Below, piece after piece: positions 18,429 through 28,443 of a stretch of 64,000 nt of DNA. The DNA is from a virus. The first letter of the stretch is position 1; each line of letters opens with the position of its first letter. A model generated the notes under the pieces. The model was not told the DNA's origin. It was given only the letters and a program-made list of their open reading frames with translations, and made no database searches. The stretch lies in IMG/VR virus record IMGVR_UViG_3300030106_006452, positions 1 through 64,000 of that record; one strand, written 5' to 3'. Made by a program: the position numbers and the translations under genes.

Positions 18429-19769
18429 TTAGTAGCCAAAACTGTCAGCGATTTCATTTGCTATTCGTTGTATCAAGTTCGATGTTGATTCTCCCGAAGG
18501 AAAACCTGAACGTTGAGACATTCTATCAGGACTTTTTAGTCTTGTCAACTTAGAAAAATTATTTATTCTTTTATCAGCAAGAAATTCTGAGAAATATAAC
18601 ATGGCGCCATATATGTCTGTATTTTCAAATTCATAGACCAGCCTTCTTATTAATGAATCAAATTTTTGATTTGTTAAATTGACTTTTTCTTCTATTAATC
18701 TTATATTAACATATAATTTCATAAAAGTATAGTCTGAATATATACTAGTAAATTTAGAGTAGCTTGGATCAAAATAACTTATTTCAGAGGGCCTTAATGT
18801 GATTTCTCTCTCGGTTTTAAAAGAAGAATCCGAAAGTGTTTTTTTTATACAATTTTTATATCTCATTATTTCTATTCTTGGTCTATGAGAAATAAAAGAA
18901 GCATAAGAAAAGAACATATATTTTTTAAAAGATATATAACTCATATATTCAGCTTGTAAATAATTTGTATTAAACATTTGTGTTGCGCTCGTTGTCCTAT
19001 AGGGCACCATATAGTTTTTCATTCTATTTGAATTTAAATTTGCTGCGATTGCCCATGGTACATTTTTTCTTACGTAAAATCCGAATGAGGCAGCTAGCTT
19101 TACATAATCATAGAAAAAATCATTTGATAAATAATTGTTCCACTTGTCAGTGTCATTATCATACCCATCTTCTCCAAATTCGATTATTAGTCCGCTGATT
19201 CTGTAATCTGTTCTGGGTGATAATAAATATCCGGCCAATGTGTGAGGTATTTCACGATTTGTTTCAACAAAAAAACTGTATTCTCTAGAAAAATCTTTAA
19301 AATTCATAATACTTGACTTGTCTTCATCAGACAAGAACACATTATTAAAATTTTGGTCAAGGGTATTTTCAAAATAATTTTGATAATTCAAAACAACATT
19401 GTCGTGAGCTTTTTTTGGTTTATCAATATCTATAAAAGACGTCATCGATGTTCTAAATTTTGTTCTGGCATCTAAAACAAAATTTTTAAAATCAGTATAA
19501 GCATCAGCTACAAAGTTGACAACACTTAAGCCATTCACTGTGCTTCTCAATATATCTGTATCTGGGAAAACTAAGCGACCTCTTGTGTCGACTTTTCCCC
19601 AATTTGGCTTTTGATACCAAATGTCTAGTGGCTTAGATAGTGTGTTATTAAAATCGTCTTCTTTTGGATACACTAGTGAGCTGGTATTATAATAATCTCT
19701 CTGAGCATAAAGATAGTCAGAAGTTAATTCATTACTGGCAAAAGGTACAATGTCTATTTCTCTAGGCAT
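18429..19769 (-). CDS. hypothetical protein, last gene of the baseplate block
   Basis: 446-aa ORF with CTATTTA motif upstream. Confidence 0.7.
   Translation of the reverse strand: MPREIDIVPFASNELTSDYLYAQRDYYNTSSLVYPKEDDFNNTLSKPLDIWYQKPNWGKVDTRGRLVFPDTDILRSTVNGLSVVNFVADAYTDFKNFVLDARTKFRTSMTSFIDIDKPKKAHDNVVLNYQNYFENTLDQNFNNVFLSDEDKSSIMNFKDFSREYSFFVETNREIPHTLAGYLLSPRTDYRISGLIIEFGEDGYDNDTDKWNNYLSNDFFYDYVKLAASFGFYVRKNVPWAIAANLNSNRMKNYMVPYRTTSATQMFNTNYLQAEYMSYISFKKYMFFSYASFISHRPRIEIMRYKNCIKKTLSDSSFKTEREITLRPSEISYFDPSYSKFTSIYSDYTFMKLYVNIRLIEEKVNLTNQKFDSLIRRLVYEFENTDIYGAMLYFSEFLADKRINNFSKLTRLKSPDRMSQRSGFPSGESTSNLIQRIANEIADSFGY
18520..18548 (-). promoter_or_regulatory. sigma70-type promoter inside the upstream gene, serving the polA-like gene
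   Basis: TTGACA-17 nt-TAGAAT. Confidence 0.7.
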
Positions 19770-19773
19770 AACA

Positions 19774-19797
19774 TAAATAGTTTTAAATTATAATTAG
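19774..19797 (-). promoter_or_regulatory. two putative late promoter motifs (CTAATTA, CTATTTA)
   Basis: At 19791-19797 and 19774-19780. Confidence 0.55.
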
Positions 19798-19842
19798 CTG
19801 TCAAACTAAAAATCAATATTCAGAGGATTTAATTCCAATGCT

Positions 19843-22578
19843 TTAGCCGTAATCAAAACCATCATATGCGTCCATACTCTGCGACCCACCTTGATAATCA
19901 TCTGGATCTAAACTTTCGTCAAAAGCTCCAAAGCCTGCTTGTTTTTTTATTTTGCTAACATCCCGCTTTGCTGTAGCCACACCAGATATCTTTTTGTAGC
20001 TCCGAAGGGCAGCTTCTCCACTGGCCCCCAACTCGCCGGCGGCGGCTTCAAGCCCACGCTCCTTTAAGATTGATTTTTTATCTGAATTATATAGAGTGGC
20101 GCTAATTTTTGTAGTAAATAAACCACCTGTCGTATACTCATGAGTTACAGCACTTACTTGATAATCTCCTGCAATAAACATATTTGCCCTGCTAGCTCCT
20201 CCGGCATCTAGCGTAGGTGCTGCAACTTTTATTTGCATACCCAATTGAAAAAATGGCGCCATAATTGTTGAAATTTCAACCTCAAAAAAGGATGGTATAA
20301 CTTGGCTGTCATCTCCTCTAAGCTGTTCCATCACCAATTTTTGTAAATCAGAATCAGCTATTTCATTAATTTGAAATTTTGTTATGGCCCCAGTAGAAGT
20401 GCCACCAAAAATAAATTTTGGACATAAATTTTCTGCGCCTCGTATTGCTTTATTGTCTTTCGCTCGTTTAACGTAAATTAGCATTCCGCTAAACACTTCA
20501 TTGACGGAAAGTCTATCATTTGTATTTATTTTGTAAAGAGGTAGATTGCCCCCGGAGACACTTAAATCAATTTCTAAAGGATAAGTCATTTTTTTTAAAG
20601 TAAAGTTACTCACTGAAGACTGATTGTTTAATACTTGTGCTTTTCTTTTTCTAGTCAAAGAAATTAATTGAATCAGTTCTTCCATTAATTGAAAAATAGT
20701 AAAATAATTTTGTTGTTGACCATATAATCTTTTAGCCAAAATATATCTTAGGTTTTTAATGGATATCGGAACATCATATAAGCTTTTTCTACGTAATGAT
20801 AAATTAGCTGGATCTTTTATTTTATCTTCAAAGCTTTCAAAGGTTATATCTGAAAAAAGTAATATTGTTTTCTCTAAAGAATTTCTTAATTTTTGTTCTA
20901 TTTCAAAATCTGTTAAGGAAATAATGCCAAGTTTTTTAACTTGTGTTGTTATTATCTTGTATAATCTCGTGTAGACTAACCTCATAATATCACCAAAAAG
21001 TATGTAATCAATTTGTTTTTGCCTGCCTAGATCTACTAATATATTATCAATATCTTGTTCATATCTAGATATATCTTTTCCTTTTCCCTTAGTCGTATTG
21101 GCCTTGTCGCCATCTTTTGGTTTTTCTTTTATAGTCACTGTGTTACCAGCAATGGCTTGCTTTGAGGTTCCCTCTGAATCAGCAAGGTTTTTTTTCACTT
21201 GCTTTGTTAAACTTGTCTGATTGTAATAATCATAAATTTGTTGCGATGTAAAAAAAACAGTGCTCACAACCCCATTTTTTAATTTCTGAGGATCGCTGAA
21301 AGAGAACGTTTCCTCAAGAGCTTTGGTTAATTGAGAGTGTCTTAAATTAGCTAACCCATCCACAGCATTTTTCTTTCTTTCTGCAGCCTGATCTCTTAAT
21401 GCTTTAACATCTGTAAAATCTTCAAAGGTTTTCTCTAATTTCTCTCTTGTAATAGCAGCATTCAGGTCTATATATTCTTGTCTCCTGATTATATCATTTA
21501 CATGAAATTCGCCTGTGGCAATTTTATTAGGAAGTTCTTTGTCACTTACACCTTTATATTTACTCTGATATTCTTTATACTTAGACCCATTACGCACCTC
21601 TTCTCTAACAGCGTCAACATATGCTTGTTTTTCTTTATCCAGAATTTTAACTTGCTCTGCAGCTATATTAAGTTGTTTTCTTTTGTTTTCTTCCGCGGCC
21701 AGTAAATCTAAACCTAAAAAGTCAAAGACCAAATTCGAATTAAAAAGACTCTCCTCTCGTGACTGATAGGACACATCAAGTTTTACTTTTAAATTCTCTT
21801 CTAAAGAGAATTTTGTTTCAGTTAAAGTCATCATTATATTAAATCTCATCTGAGGTGAATTTAATGCGTATTTTTCTATTAATGATTCATCATTGCTTGA
21901 ATATGAAATGCCGAGTCTGGTGTAGAATTTCTCTGCCCCCACAACACCAGACGATCTAAATATCTGAGCAAATGACACAGGATACCCAAGTTTTTCAAAC
22001 GTCCCGGCAACATCTGAGGTAAAAGTATTTATTGAATCCATAATAAATCCCATTTTAACAATATAAGATTTGCCAAAAAAGGGTAGGTCGCGACCATCTA
22101 AGTTTAAACTTAAAGATGTTAGACCTATTTCATTTTTTACATAGTAGTGCTTTGTGCGGTCGACGTACAGTGCCCGCGGCCCCTGGAGTGGAGAAGAAAC
22201 CCCTCTACCATGTAAACCTCCAACCGGGCCAATTGGCAATTCAAACATCTTTCCAGTTGCGTGATCAACTAATTGTATTCTTATTTGTGGATATATTTGC
22301 GCTGCTTCTACCGCGGTTAATTTTGATATAAAATCATTTATGGCACCTATTGTGCCATCTCTATTTATGCCGGCCAGAGCATTAACGGAGTCAAAACCGG
22401 TTGGCAAGTAAGGGACATTGCCATTTGGGTCTTCAACAGCGCCAACGCCGGGGCCGTCAGATCCCTCTTGAACTTTCATTCCTGGTATATTTCCAAGAAA
22501 CATATCTAGTAATAGCATTTGACCATCAAAGGCATTCGGATCGATGGCACCAATATTTTGTTCTGCATTACTACTCAT
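19843..22578 (-). CDS. baseplate hub-like protein (gp27/GPD-like C-terminus)
   Basis: Position after the LysM/TMP genes; C-terminal EISTIMAPFFQLGMQI...GDYQVSAVTHEY...FTTKISA hub-type pattern. Confidence 0.5.
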   Translation of the reverse strand: MSSNAEQNIGAIDPNAFDGQMLLLDMFLGNIPGMKVQEGSDGPGVGAVEDPNGNVPYLPTGFDSVNALAGINRDGTIGAINDFISKLTAVEAAQIYPQIRIQLVDHATGKMFELPIGPVGGLHGRGVSSPLQGPRALYVDRTKHYYVKNEIGLTSLSLNLDGRDLPFFGKSYIVKMGFIMDSINTFTSDVAGTFEKLGYPVSFAQIFRSSGVVGAEKFYTRLGISYSSNDESLIEKYALNSPQMRFNIMMTLTETKFSLEENLKVKLDVSYQSREESLFNSNLVFDFLGLDLLAAEENKRKQLNIAAEQVKILDKEKQAYVDAVREEVRNGSKYKEYQSKYKGVSDKELPNKIATGEFHVNDIIRRQEYIDLNAAITREKLEKTFEDFTDVKALRDQAAERKKNAVDGLANLRHSQLTKALEETFSFSDPQKLKNGVVSTVFFTSQQIYDYYNQTSLTKQVKKNLADSEGTSKQAIAGNTVTIKEKPKDGDKANTTKGKGKDISRYEQDIDNILVDLGRQKQIDYILFGDIMRLVYTRLYKIITTQVKKLGIISLTDFEIEQKLRNSLEKTILLFSDITFESFEDKIKDPANLSLRRKSLYDVPISIKNLRYILAKRLYGQQQNYFTIFQLMEELIQLISLTRKRKAQVLNNQSSVSNFTLKKMTYPLEIDLSVSGGNLPLYKINTNDRLSVNEVFSGMLIYVKRAKDNKAIRGAENLCPKFIFGGTSTGAITKFQINEIADSDLQKLVMEQLRGDDSQVIPSFFEVEISTIMAPFFQLGMQIKVAAPTLDAGGASRANMFIAGDYQVSAVTHEYTTGGLFTTKISATLYNSDKKSILKERGLEAAAGELGASGEAALRSYKKISGVATAKRDVSKIKKQAGFGAFDESLDPDDYQGGSQSMDAYDGFDYG

Positions 22579-22580
22579 CG

Positions 22581-22922
22581 TTAATACCCCAATACAGATA
22601 AAATATATTCTAAAGGAACTGGTATCAATATCGTCTGCCCCACGTCTAAATCGCTTTCGAGCGGCGCATTATTAAAATAAGCAATGATCCACCAATATGT
22701 TGGATCTGCATAATATTGACTTGCTAGCTTAAAATATCTATCATGAAATTGCCAAATATGTTCTATGACTGTTACTTGATCCAGGTCTTTTATTTTAATA
22801 GTTTTAAATTTTTTAAAAGAATAATGATTAATTGAATTTACGTCGCGACGAGACAGAAGATCTGAATATTCTTCATCTGAAGTAATTATAATTCTATTAT
22901 TTTCATATCTCGAAACTGGCAT
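22581..22922 (-). CDS. LysM/gp53-like baseplate protein
   Basis: DRYFKLASQYYADPTYWWIIAYFN...GQTILIP. Confidence 0.75.
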   Translation of the reverse strand: MPVSRYENNRIIITSDEEYSDLLSRRDVNSINHYSFKKFKTIKIKDLDQVTVIEHIWQFHDRYFKLASQYYADPTYWWIIAYFNNAPLESDLDVGQTILIPVPLEYILSVLGY

Positions 22923-22943
22923 ACGCTCCTCCTATTATTACGG

Positions 22944-23723
22944 CTAGTCCTTTGTGTTTTGATTTGACCACTGATTTAACGTCGTGTTGGGATCTCCAGT
23001 AATCTTTTTTCCGCCGCCTGCATTTCCATCAAACCCGACAGTATATAAGTTTGGGCCGGCCCAAGTATTTCCCTGCCAGCCCGGTGGCTTATCATGAAGA
23101 ATACCAAGTTCAAACTCTATGACCCAACCTCTTTCTAATAAATACTTCTGACTGTCTATCTCGCTGACCTGGGGATCTAAATTTCCATCTCCAACGCTTA
23201 TAGCTTGAGATCCAGGCTCAATTGACACACTTGACATATAACCCTTAAAAGATTTATATACAGTATATTTTTTACCAGCATTTATGCCTAAACCCTCTTT
23301 AAAAAACATTACTTCAAATAGTGGAGGCGCCGCAATAGCCGCTGTGGTTATTCCATTTGGGTCATCGCCGCCGCCGCCTTGAGCGTAACGAGGGTACTGA
23401 AACGCTTGAAGTTTTTGCACTTTTTTTGTAAGTTTGAGCGCACTATAGGCACTTTTATCGTCTTCATTTGCAAGTGTTGTTATTTTAATCGACATTTTTC
23501 TAGTCGTATTTTGGAAAAAAACCATTGGGTCCATTTTACCGTATGCGGCTTCTTCTGCAAACTTTGGATTGTAACTGTCTGTCATTGATATAAGATCACA
23601 ACTAAAAGAGATTTTATTACTAGCATCGTTGGAGTCAAATATTCCTTGATTTCCTGAATCTCCTGGTATGTGTAGAGCTTTGATAACCACTATATTTGTA
23701 GATCTACCGCCGTTGCTAGCCAT
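22944..23723 (-). CDS. tail tube initiator / gp48-like baseplate protein
   Basis: DSYNPKF...YGKMDPMVFFQNTTRKMSI...YP.Y...APPL pattern; directly after the tape measure gene. Confidence 0.55.
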   Translation of the reverse strand: MASNGGRSTNIVVIKALHIPGDSGNQGIFDSNDASNKISFSCDLISMTDSYNPKFAEEAAYGKMDPMVFFQNTTRKMSIKITTLANEDDKSAYSALKLTKKVQKLQAFQYPRYAQGGGGDDPNGITTAAIAAPPLFEVMFFKEGLGINAGKKYTVYKSFKGYMSSVSIEPGSQAISVGDGNLDPQVSEIDSQKYLLERGWVIEFELGILHDKPPGWQGNTWAGPNLYTVGFDGNAGGGKKITGDPNTTLNQWSNQNTKD

Positions 23724-26356
23724 TATACAGAAACCTCCAATGATCTTTGCATTGTATCAATTGTTACATCTCTAGCAACCTTGGCAATTTCTCTTTCATC
23801 TATCTTAAGAACTAGGTTTAATTTGATGTCTTGCGGCTTTGCAGCTTGCTGATTGTTATTGTTTGTAGTAGTAACATTGGTGGCATTATTTACAATGCTA
23901 CTCATATTTTCAATTGTATCTGCATTTGTCATTATATTATTAAAAGTGCTTAATGTCGACATCATAGTTTTTGTTTGTTCTGCTGGTGTGATAGCAGATC
24001 CTCGTGGGACGCTCATTAATTCTGGACCAGCTTCACCAACAAGCGACATACCACCAGGAGCAAAATTGGTTCCCACCTCGAAAGAATCAATCGCAGCAAT
24101 TGCATCTTCTCTCAAGCCTCCTACAATATGCATCGGAGAAAATTTCTTCAAGCTAGCTGCAAGATCACCAGCACCGGGAATATATTCAAGAATTTCCGCA
24201 AAGCCAGCAAAAAGGAGTACAAGTCCACCGGTAAGTGCTATAAGAATTGCTTGAATTGAAACATGCATTACCTCAATCATAACTCTAGCTACGGCCTTAA
24301 ATACAATTTTTATTCCTTCCATAATTTCATCTACGCCGATACCAAAATGTTCAAACGCAAGATATAATATCCCAATCACAGCCATTATCGCGAGCAATGT
24401 TAATGTTATCGGGAGAAACGCAGCATTTGTGCCTATTGCGGCGATTTTTCCGGCTATTCCTAGTTTAGTGAACCCTGCTGCTAGCAATGGCACAACAGCA
24501 GCAATCTGATTAATAACCATTGCAACACCGCCGATGATACCAATTATTGGAGCAAATCCAGTTTTAAAATCCATTATTATCTGATTTAAGCTTTCAAAAG
24601 TCTCTAAAAGAGTTTCATTTGTAGTTATCTGAAGTTCTTGAGCTAATTGCGCTTTTTGATCTTGAGTCAGATTTTTGATCCCTTGTTGTCTCAATTCTTC
24701 TAATGACATTTGACTGCCTTCTAGCGCCTCGGTAGCTTCTTCAATACTTCGAATGTTGTCATCATTGAATAATCTTTCAGCAATGGCAGTTGAAACACCT
24801 AAAGTGTTGGCTAGAGCTTCTTTGCCGCGGCGACCAAGTTGATCGAAAGATTTACCACTGTTTTTTAAACTTTCTCTTAAAAGCTCTATTCTTCTTTCTT
24901 CTGTCGCGTTTAACATCTCCATAGAGTTTACTAAAGGTCCACCAAGAATAAAGTTTAATTTACCAGCTGATTTCATAGCGCCTTCAAACGTGTCAAATCT
25001 TTGACCTATTTGAACTAGCTCTTTTATTGAAACACCAGCCGCTTTTGCCTCTTTAGCTAACGCTTTAAACACCTCTGAGCCTTTTTCTTTGCCGTGTGTT
25101 GCTAGTAAGTCAAAATTATCATTTAATTGTTCTAGCATTTTATTGCCAGATTCACCTATTGTACGTCCAAAGTTTACCATTTCCTGCGAAAATTTAGAGG
25201 CTGCACCGGTGCTCAATCCCATACCGGTAGTTAAATTTTCAATTGAACTGGCAAATGTAGAAGTGTTTACACCTAATCGATTTAATATTGCCGCATCTTC
25301 AGCTAAACCTGCGCGAGCTTCAGCATCAATTAATGTAAACTTATTGAACCCACTGATTAAGCTGTTAAATGCCGCATCCGTTTCTCCAATTAAAAAACCA
25401 GATTTACTTAAATCTTTTGTTAGACCTTTTAATTCTTCACCAAGTTCTTTAGATTGACCCGTTTGCTGTGCAAAAGCAACTGGCATATCTATAAATTTAT
25501 CAGCAACTTCGCTTATTTGTGATTTAAAACTATCTCCAAATTCACCTAATTGACCCTTAAGATTTTTAAAAATATTTTGAGCAGTAAATCGTTTTGCAGC
25601 CTCAATTCCAAGCGCTTCAAAAGTATCACCGGTTTCTTTTTTTAAGTTTGCGAAACTGAGTTTAACGGTGTCCACAAGGCCAGTTAAGCCTGTCCCAGTT
25701 TTCTCAAAAGAATTAAAAACATTGTCAATAAGAACATCACCTAAGCTATCAGTTGCATCTTTTAAACCAAAAGTTTGTTCTATTTGATTTCCAATTATAC
25801 TACTAATGTTTCCTTGTTTGTTTATGGTTTTTTCCAGTGCGGCCGCACGTTCTTCTTCTGCTTTGATGGCGGCTTGCGTAGACGCAACTGTGGCAGATGC
25901 CTCTATTTTTAGCTCTTGTTGTTTGTCTGTTATATTAGATAGCTCGTCGTCTAGATCTCCAAGTCTCTCCACTAGTCGACCTTGAAGCGCTAAACTAGCG
26001 GCTAATTCTGCACCTGTAAGGTTCGCAGCGGCTGTACGCGCCTCGGTGAGTCTTGTGTCTAAAGCTGCTCTTCTTTCTTCAATTTCTTCTTGCTCTGATA
26101 ATAATCTTTTTTGTTCTTGTAAAGCCTCTAATCTTTTATCAGATAATTGTTGTTGAATTTCTGCTATTGTTAAAAAATCAGCCTGTTTATCTAGATCTTC
26201 TTTTAGAAGATCCGATATCTTTTTACTTGCCCCAGCCTGCTTTAATAGACTGTCTAAAATATCTTTTCTGGTTTTATTTTGATCGTCGAGGAGTTGTTTT
26301 ATCGTTTTGGCATTTTCTATATCTTCTGCTGTTGTTTTTTTAGTATCATCGGCCAT
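23723..26356 (-). CDS. tape measure protein
   Basis: 877 aa of coiled-coil, hydrophobic segments, C-terminal GTNFAPGGMSLVGEAGPE. Confidence 0.85.
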   Translation of the reverse strand: MADDTKKTTAEDIENAKTIKQLLDDQNKTRKDILDSLLKQAGASKKISDLLKEDLDKQADFLTIAEIQQQLSDKRLEALQEQKRLLSEQEEIEERRAALDTRLTEARTAAANLTGAELAASLALQGRLVERLGDLDDELSNITDKQQELKIEASATVASTQAAIKAEEERAAALEKTINKQGNISSIIGNQIEQTFGLKDATDSLGDVLIDNVFNSFEKTGTGLTGLVDTVKLSFANLKKETGDTFEALGIEAAKRFTAQNIFKNLKGQLGEFGDSFKSQISEVADKFIDMPVAFAQQTGQSKELGEELKGLTKDLSKSGFLIGETDAAFNSLISGFNKFTLIDAEARAGLAEDAAILNRLGVNTSTFASSIENLTTGMGLSTGAASKFSQEMVNFGRTIGESGNKMLEQLNDNFDLLATHGKEKGSEVFKALAKEAKAAGVSIKELVQIGQRFDTFEGAMKSAGKLNFILGGPLVNSMEMLNATEERRIELLRESLKNSGKSFDQLGRRGKEALANTLGVSTAIAERLFNDDNIRSIEEATEALEGSQMSLEELRQQGIKNLTQDQKAQLAQELQITTNETLLETFESLNQIIMDFKTGFAPIIGIIGGVAMVINQIAAVVPLLAAGFTKLGIAGKIAAIGTNAAFLPITLTLLAIMAVIGILYLAFEHFGIGVDEIMEGIKIVFKAVARVMIEVMHVSIQAILIALTGGLVLLFAGFAEILEYIPGAGDLAASLKKFSPMHIVGGLREDAIAAIDSFEVGTNFAPGGMSLVGEAGPELMSVPRGSAITPAEQTKTMMSTLSTFNNIMTNADTIENMSSIVNNATNVTTTNNNNQQAAKPQDIKLNLVLKIDEREIAKVARDVTIDTMQRSLEVSV

Positions 26357-26369
26357 TATTTAAAAATCC

Positions 26370-26696
26370 TTATTTTAATGGCCACTTGATGCCAGTTTCC
26401 CTCTCAAAATTTTGAATTGCTCTCTCAAGACTGTATCTGTTTTTAAGCACTCTGGGGTCATTTAGACCGTGCTTAAGGTAGGAATCCATATACTTTTTTT
26501 CGGAAGCTAGTGCTGCACCAAATGTTATTACATCTGGTCTTTTTCCTTTTACATAGAAATTTGTAAAGCTCTCTCCAGATTCTGAGAACATATTGTAAAG
26601 CATTCTTTTAACTTTAGCGCCAAAAGAGACTAATGAAGCGGAATATTCCTTAAGAAGTTTTGCTTCTTCCAAATCGATAATTATTTTATCTTCCAT
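26370..26696 (-). CDS. hypothetical protein
   Basis: 108-aa ORF between chaperone and TMP with CTAATTA upstream. Confidence 0.7.
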   Translation of the reverse strand: MEDKIIIDLEEAKLLKEYSASLVSFGAKVKRMLYNMFSESGESFTNFYVKGKRPDVITFGAALASEKKYMDSYLKHGLNDPRVLKNRYSLERAIQNFERETGIKWPLK

Positions 26697-26701
26697 ATTG
26701 T

Positions 26702-26708
26702 TAATTAG
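26702..26708 (-). promoter_or_regulatory. putative late promoter motif CTAATTA
   Basis: Recurrent motif, 5 nt before ATG. Confidence 0.6.
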
Positions 26709-26724
26709 TTTTTAAAATCAATTT

Positions 26725-26928
26725 TTACCGGTATGTTGGTCTTTTGGCTTTTGCCACAGCCTTCTGGTTTTCTTCTGCTTCTTTCTTCTTGTGATTGGCT
26801 AACATCTCAAAGTAGAAATTCCTAAGCCCAAGTGGTAAGGAATATAATTCAAAAAGACTCCAACCACCGTAATATTTCATATAAAAGAACTGCTCATAGA
26901 TAGTCTTTATATAATCATTATTTAGGCC
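26725..26928 (-). CDS. frameshift extension of the tail chaperone (gp51/gpT-like)
   Basis: Open in the +1 frame across a T7 run; YEQFFYMKYYGGWSLFELYSLPLGLR; no clear SD before its own Met. Confidence 0.6.
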   Translation of the reverse strand, partial: GLNNDYIKTIYEQFFYMKYYGGWSLFELYSLPLGLRNFYFEMLANHKKKEAEENQKAVAKAKRPTYR

Positions 26929-27748
26929 AAAAAAATTCCGCCTTAAGCGGAACCTCCACTTCACCAGTATAGTTGCAGTTTTCACACTCAAATTGGCAAT
27001 TCATATTTACGCTTGGAACCATTTTCTGATATGCGGCTCTGACATATCGACTATCTAAAGCTGACATAGAATCAATGTAAGATTTAATATATCTTTGATC
27101 TTGATTTCCATTTACGGATTTTATAATTTTTGTAAAAAATTGTGATATTAATTTGTTTTTCTTCTTCTTTTTTTGCTTTTCTACTTCTTCTTTAAGCAAT
27201 CTAAACTCTAATTTTGTTTTTGTTCTAGGGACAGTCAAATGAATGGATTTTTCATCGTAATCAATAAAGCCATCAAATTCTTCGGCTCCGGCCTCATAGT
27301 CATTATTTTCAACTTCAGTTAAATCAAAATTAGTTTGCTGTACAGTCCCGCAAGAAGGGCAAGAAAATTTAGTTTCATAATCAGCACCATAGCCATATAT
27401 TCTGGCTGCTATAGTTATCGCATTTTTATCACCAACTAAAATGTCTTTTACATTAATTTTTTTATCAACAATGATCGATCTTAAAAGTCTATCTATTGCT
27501 GACCCATCTCTAATATATGACTCGTTTGTCAGTATATCTTCTTCTTTGGTAGTCATATGTTTTATTTCAATAGTTTCCTGGCTGTGAAGTGGATGGCCCT
27601 CGTCGTAAAACAAGCCTTTACTTGGTAATTCCACCAACTCAGTTGGAACAATAAATTCCATGCTTTGAGTTTGACTAGGATGCGGATCACTTGATTGCAA
27701 ATTATCTGTAGCTGAACCAGCTAGCATTCTATCTTGATTGTTTCTCAT
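26918..27748 (-). CDS. gp26-like baseplate hub / tail assembly chaperone
   Basis: VELPSKGLFY, MTTKEEDIL, GDKNAI..AARI.GYG, CPSC and CENC, ends FFWPK. Confidence 0.75.
   Translation of the reverse strand: MRNNQDRMLAGSATDNLQSSDPHPSQTQSMEFIVPTELVELPSKGLFYDEGHPLHSQETIEIKHMTTKEEDILTNESYIRDGSAIDRLLRSIIVDKKINVKDILVGDKNAITIAARIYGYGADYETKFSCPSCGTVQQTNFDLTEVENNDYEAGAEEFDGFIDYDEKSIHLTVPRTKTKLEFRLLKEEVEKQKKKKKNKLISQFFTKIIKSVNGNQDQRYIKSYIDSMSALDSRYVRAAYQKMVPSVNMNCQFECENCNYTGEVEVPLKAEFFWPK
26929..26935 (-). promoter_or_regulatory. candidate frameshift site UUU-UUU-U(GG)
   Basis: Seven T at the chaperone 3' end connect to the next ORF in the +1 frame. Confidence 0.6.
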
Positions 27749-27816
27749 TTTTTCTCCGGATGGTTTATAAGAATTTTTAATAATTATATCACAATATACA
27801 TATCAACTTAAGATCT

Positions 27817-28407
27817 TTATCTACCTTCGCCTATGTATATATAATTAGCAGATGATATTTCCACTCCCAATTTTACAATAACGGCATCGTCTGAGTCGTA
27901 AGAAAGCGTTTCTCCAAATGAAATCGCTTTAATAACGGGATCATTAAAAGTCCACTCTTCTATCTTATTGCCATTTGAGTCAATATGTTCTAAATATATA
28001 CCCAGGCGAGTTCCAGCTTGTAATTTCTTAATCGCTTTGGCGGCGTTGACCCAATCATTTGCTGTGCTTTCTTGCCCAGATTGATAACCAAGTTTGGTTA
28101 ACCACTCATAAAATCCTTTACTAAAATTGTATCTAGAGTCTGCGACATCATAAATATTTATCTCGACCGGTCCCCACTTACCCGAACCGGCAATAACTCT
28201 TCGATGTGGTCCTTTTGTATCTTTTAATTCTGAAGTTGCGAATCCAAATTCTGGCTTTGTAAAAGAATGCACTAAAAATGGATATGGTCCTGTCTGATCA
28301 GATGGTTCCGGTACGGCAACGCTGGTAAAATCATTCTCAAAAAGATAAATACGAGCGATATACCTAAAAGATCTTTTAATTTCTATGTTGTTAGTCCAAA
28401 AGGCCAT
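27817..28407 (-). CDS. tail tube-like protein (gp19 paralogue)
   Basis: MAFW...KRSFRY, W.P....YD, IEEWT, FG..LSYDSDD; similar to the neighbouring tube gene. Confidence 0.75.
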   Translation of the reverse strand: MAFWTNNIEIKRSFRYIARIYLFENDFTSVAVPEPSDQTGPYPFLVHSFTKPEFGFATSELKDTKGPHRRVIAGSGKWGPVEINIYDVADSRYNFSKGFYEWLTKLGYQSGQESTANDWVNAAKAIKKLQAGTRLGIYLEHIDSNGNKIEEWTFNDPVIKAISFGETLSYDSDDAVIVKLGVEISSANYIYIGEGR

Positions 28408-28443
28408 TAAATTCTCTCTAAAGAGCGTCTAATCTAAGCATTT

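Noticed and set aside
19774-19804. TTGACA at 19799-19804 as a sigma70 promoter
   Set aside because: No acceptable -10 box at 17-nt spacing; late motifs explain the region better
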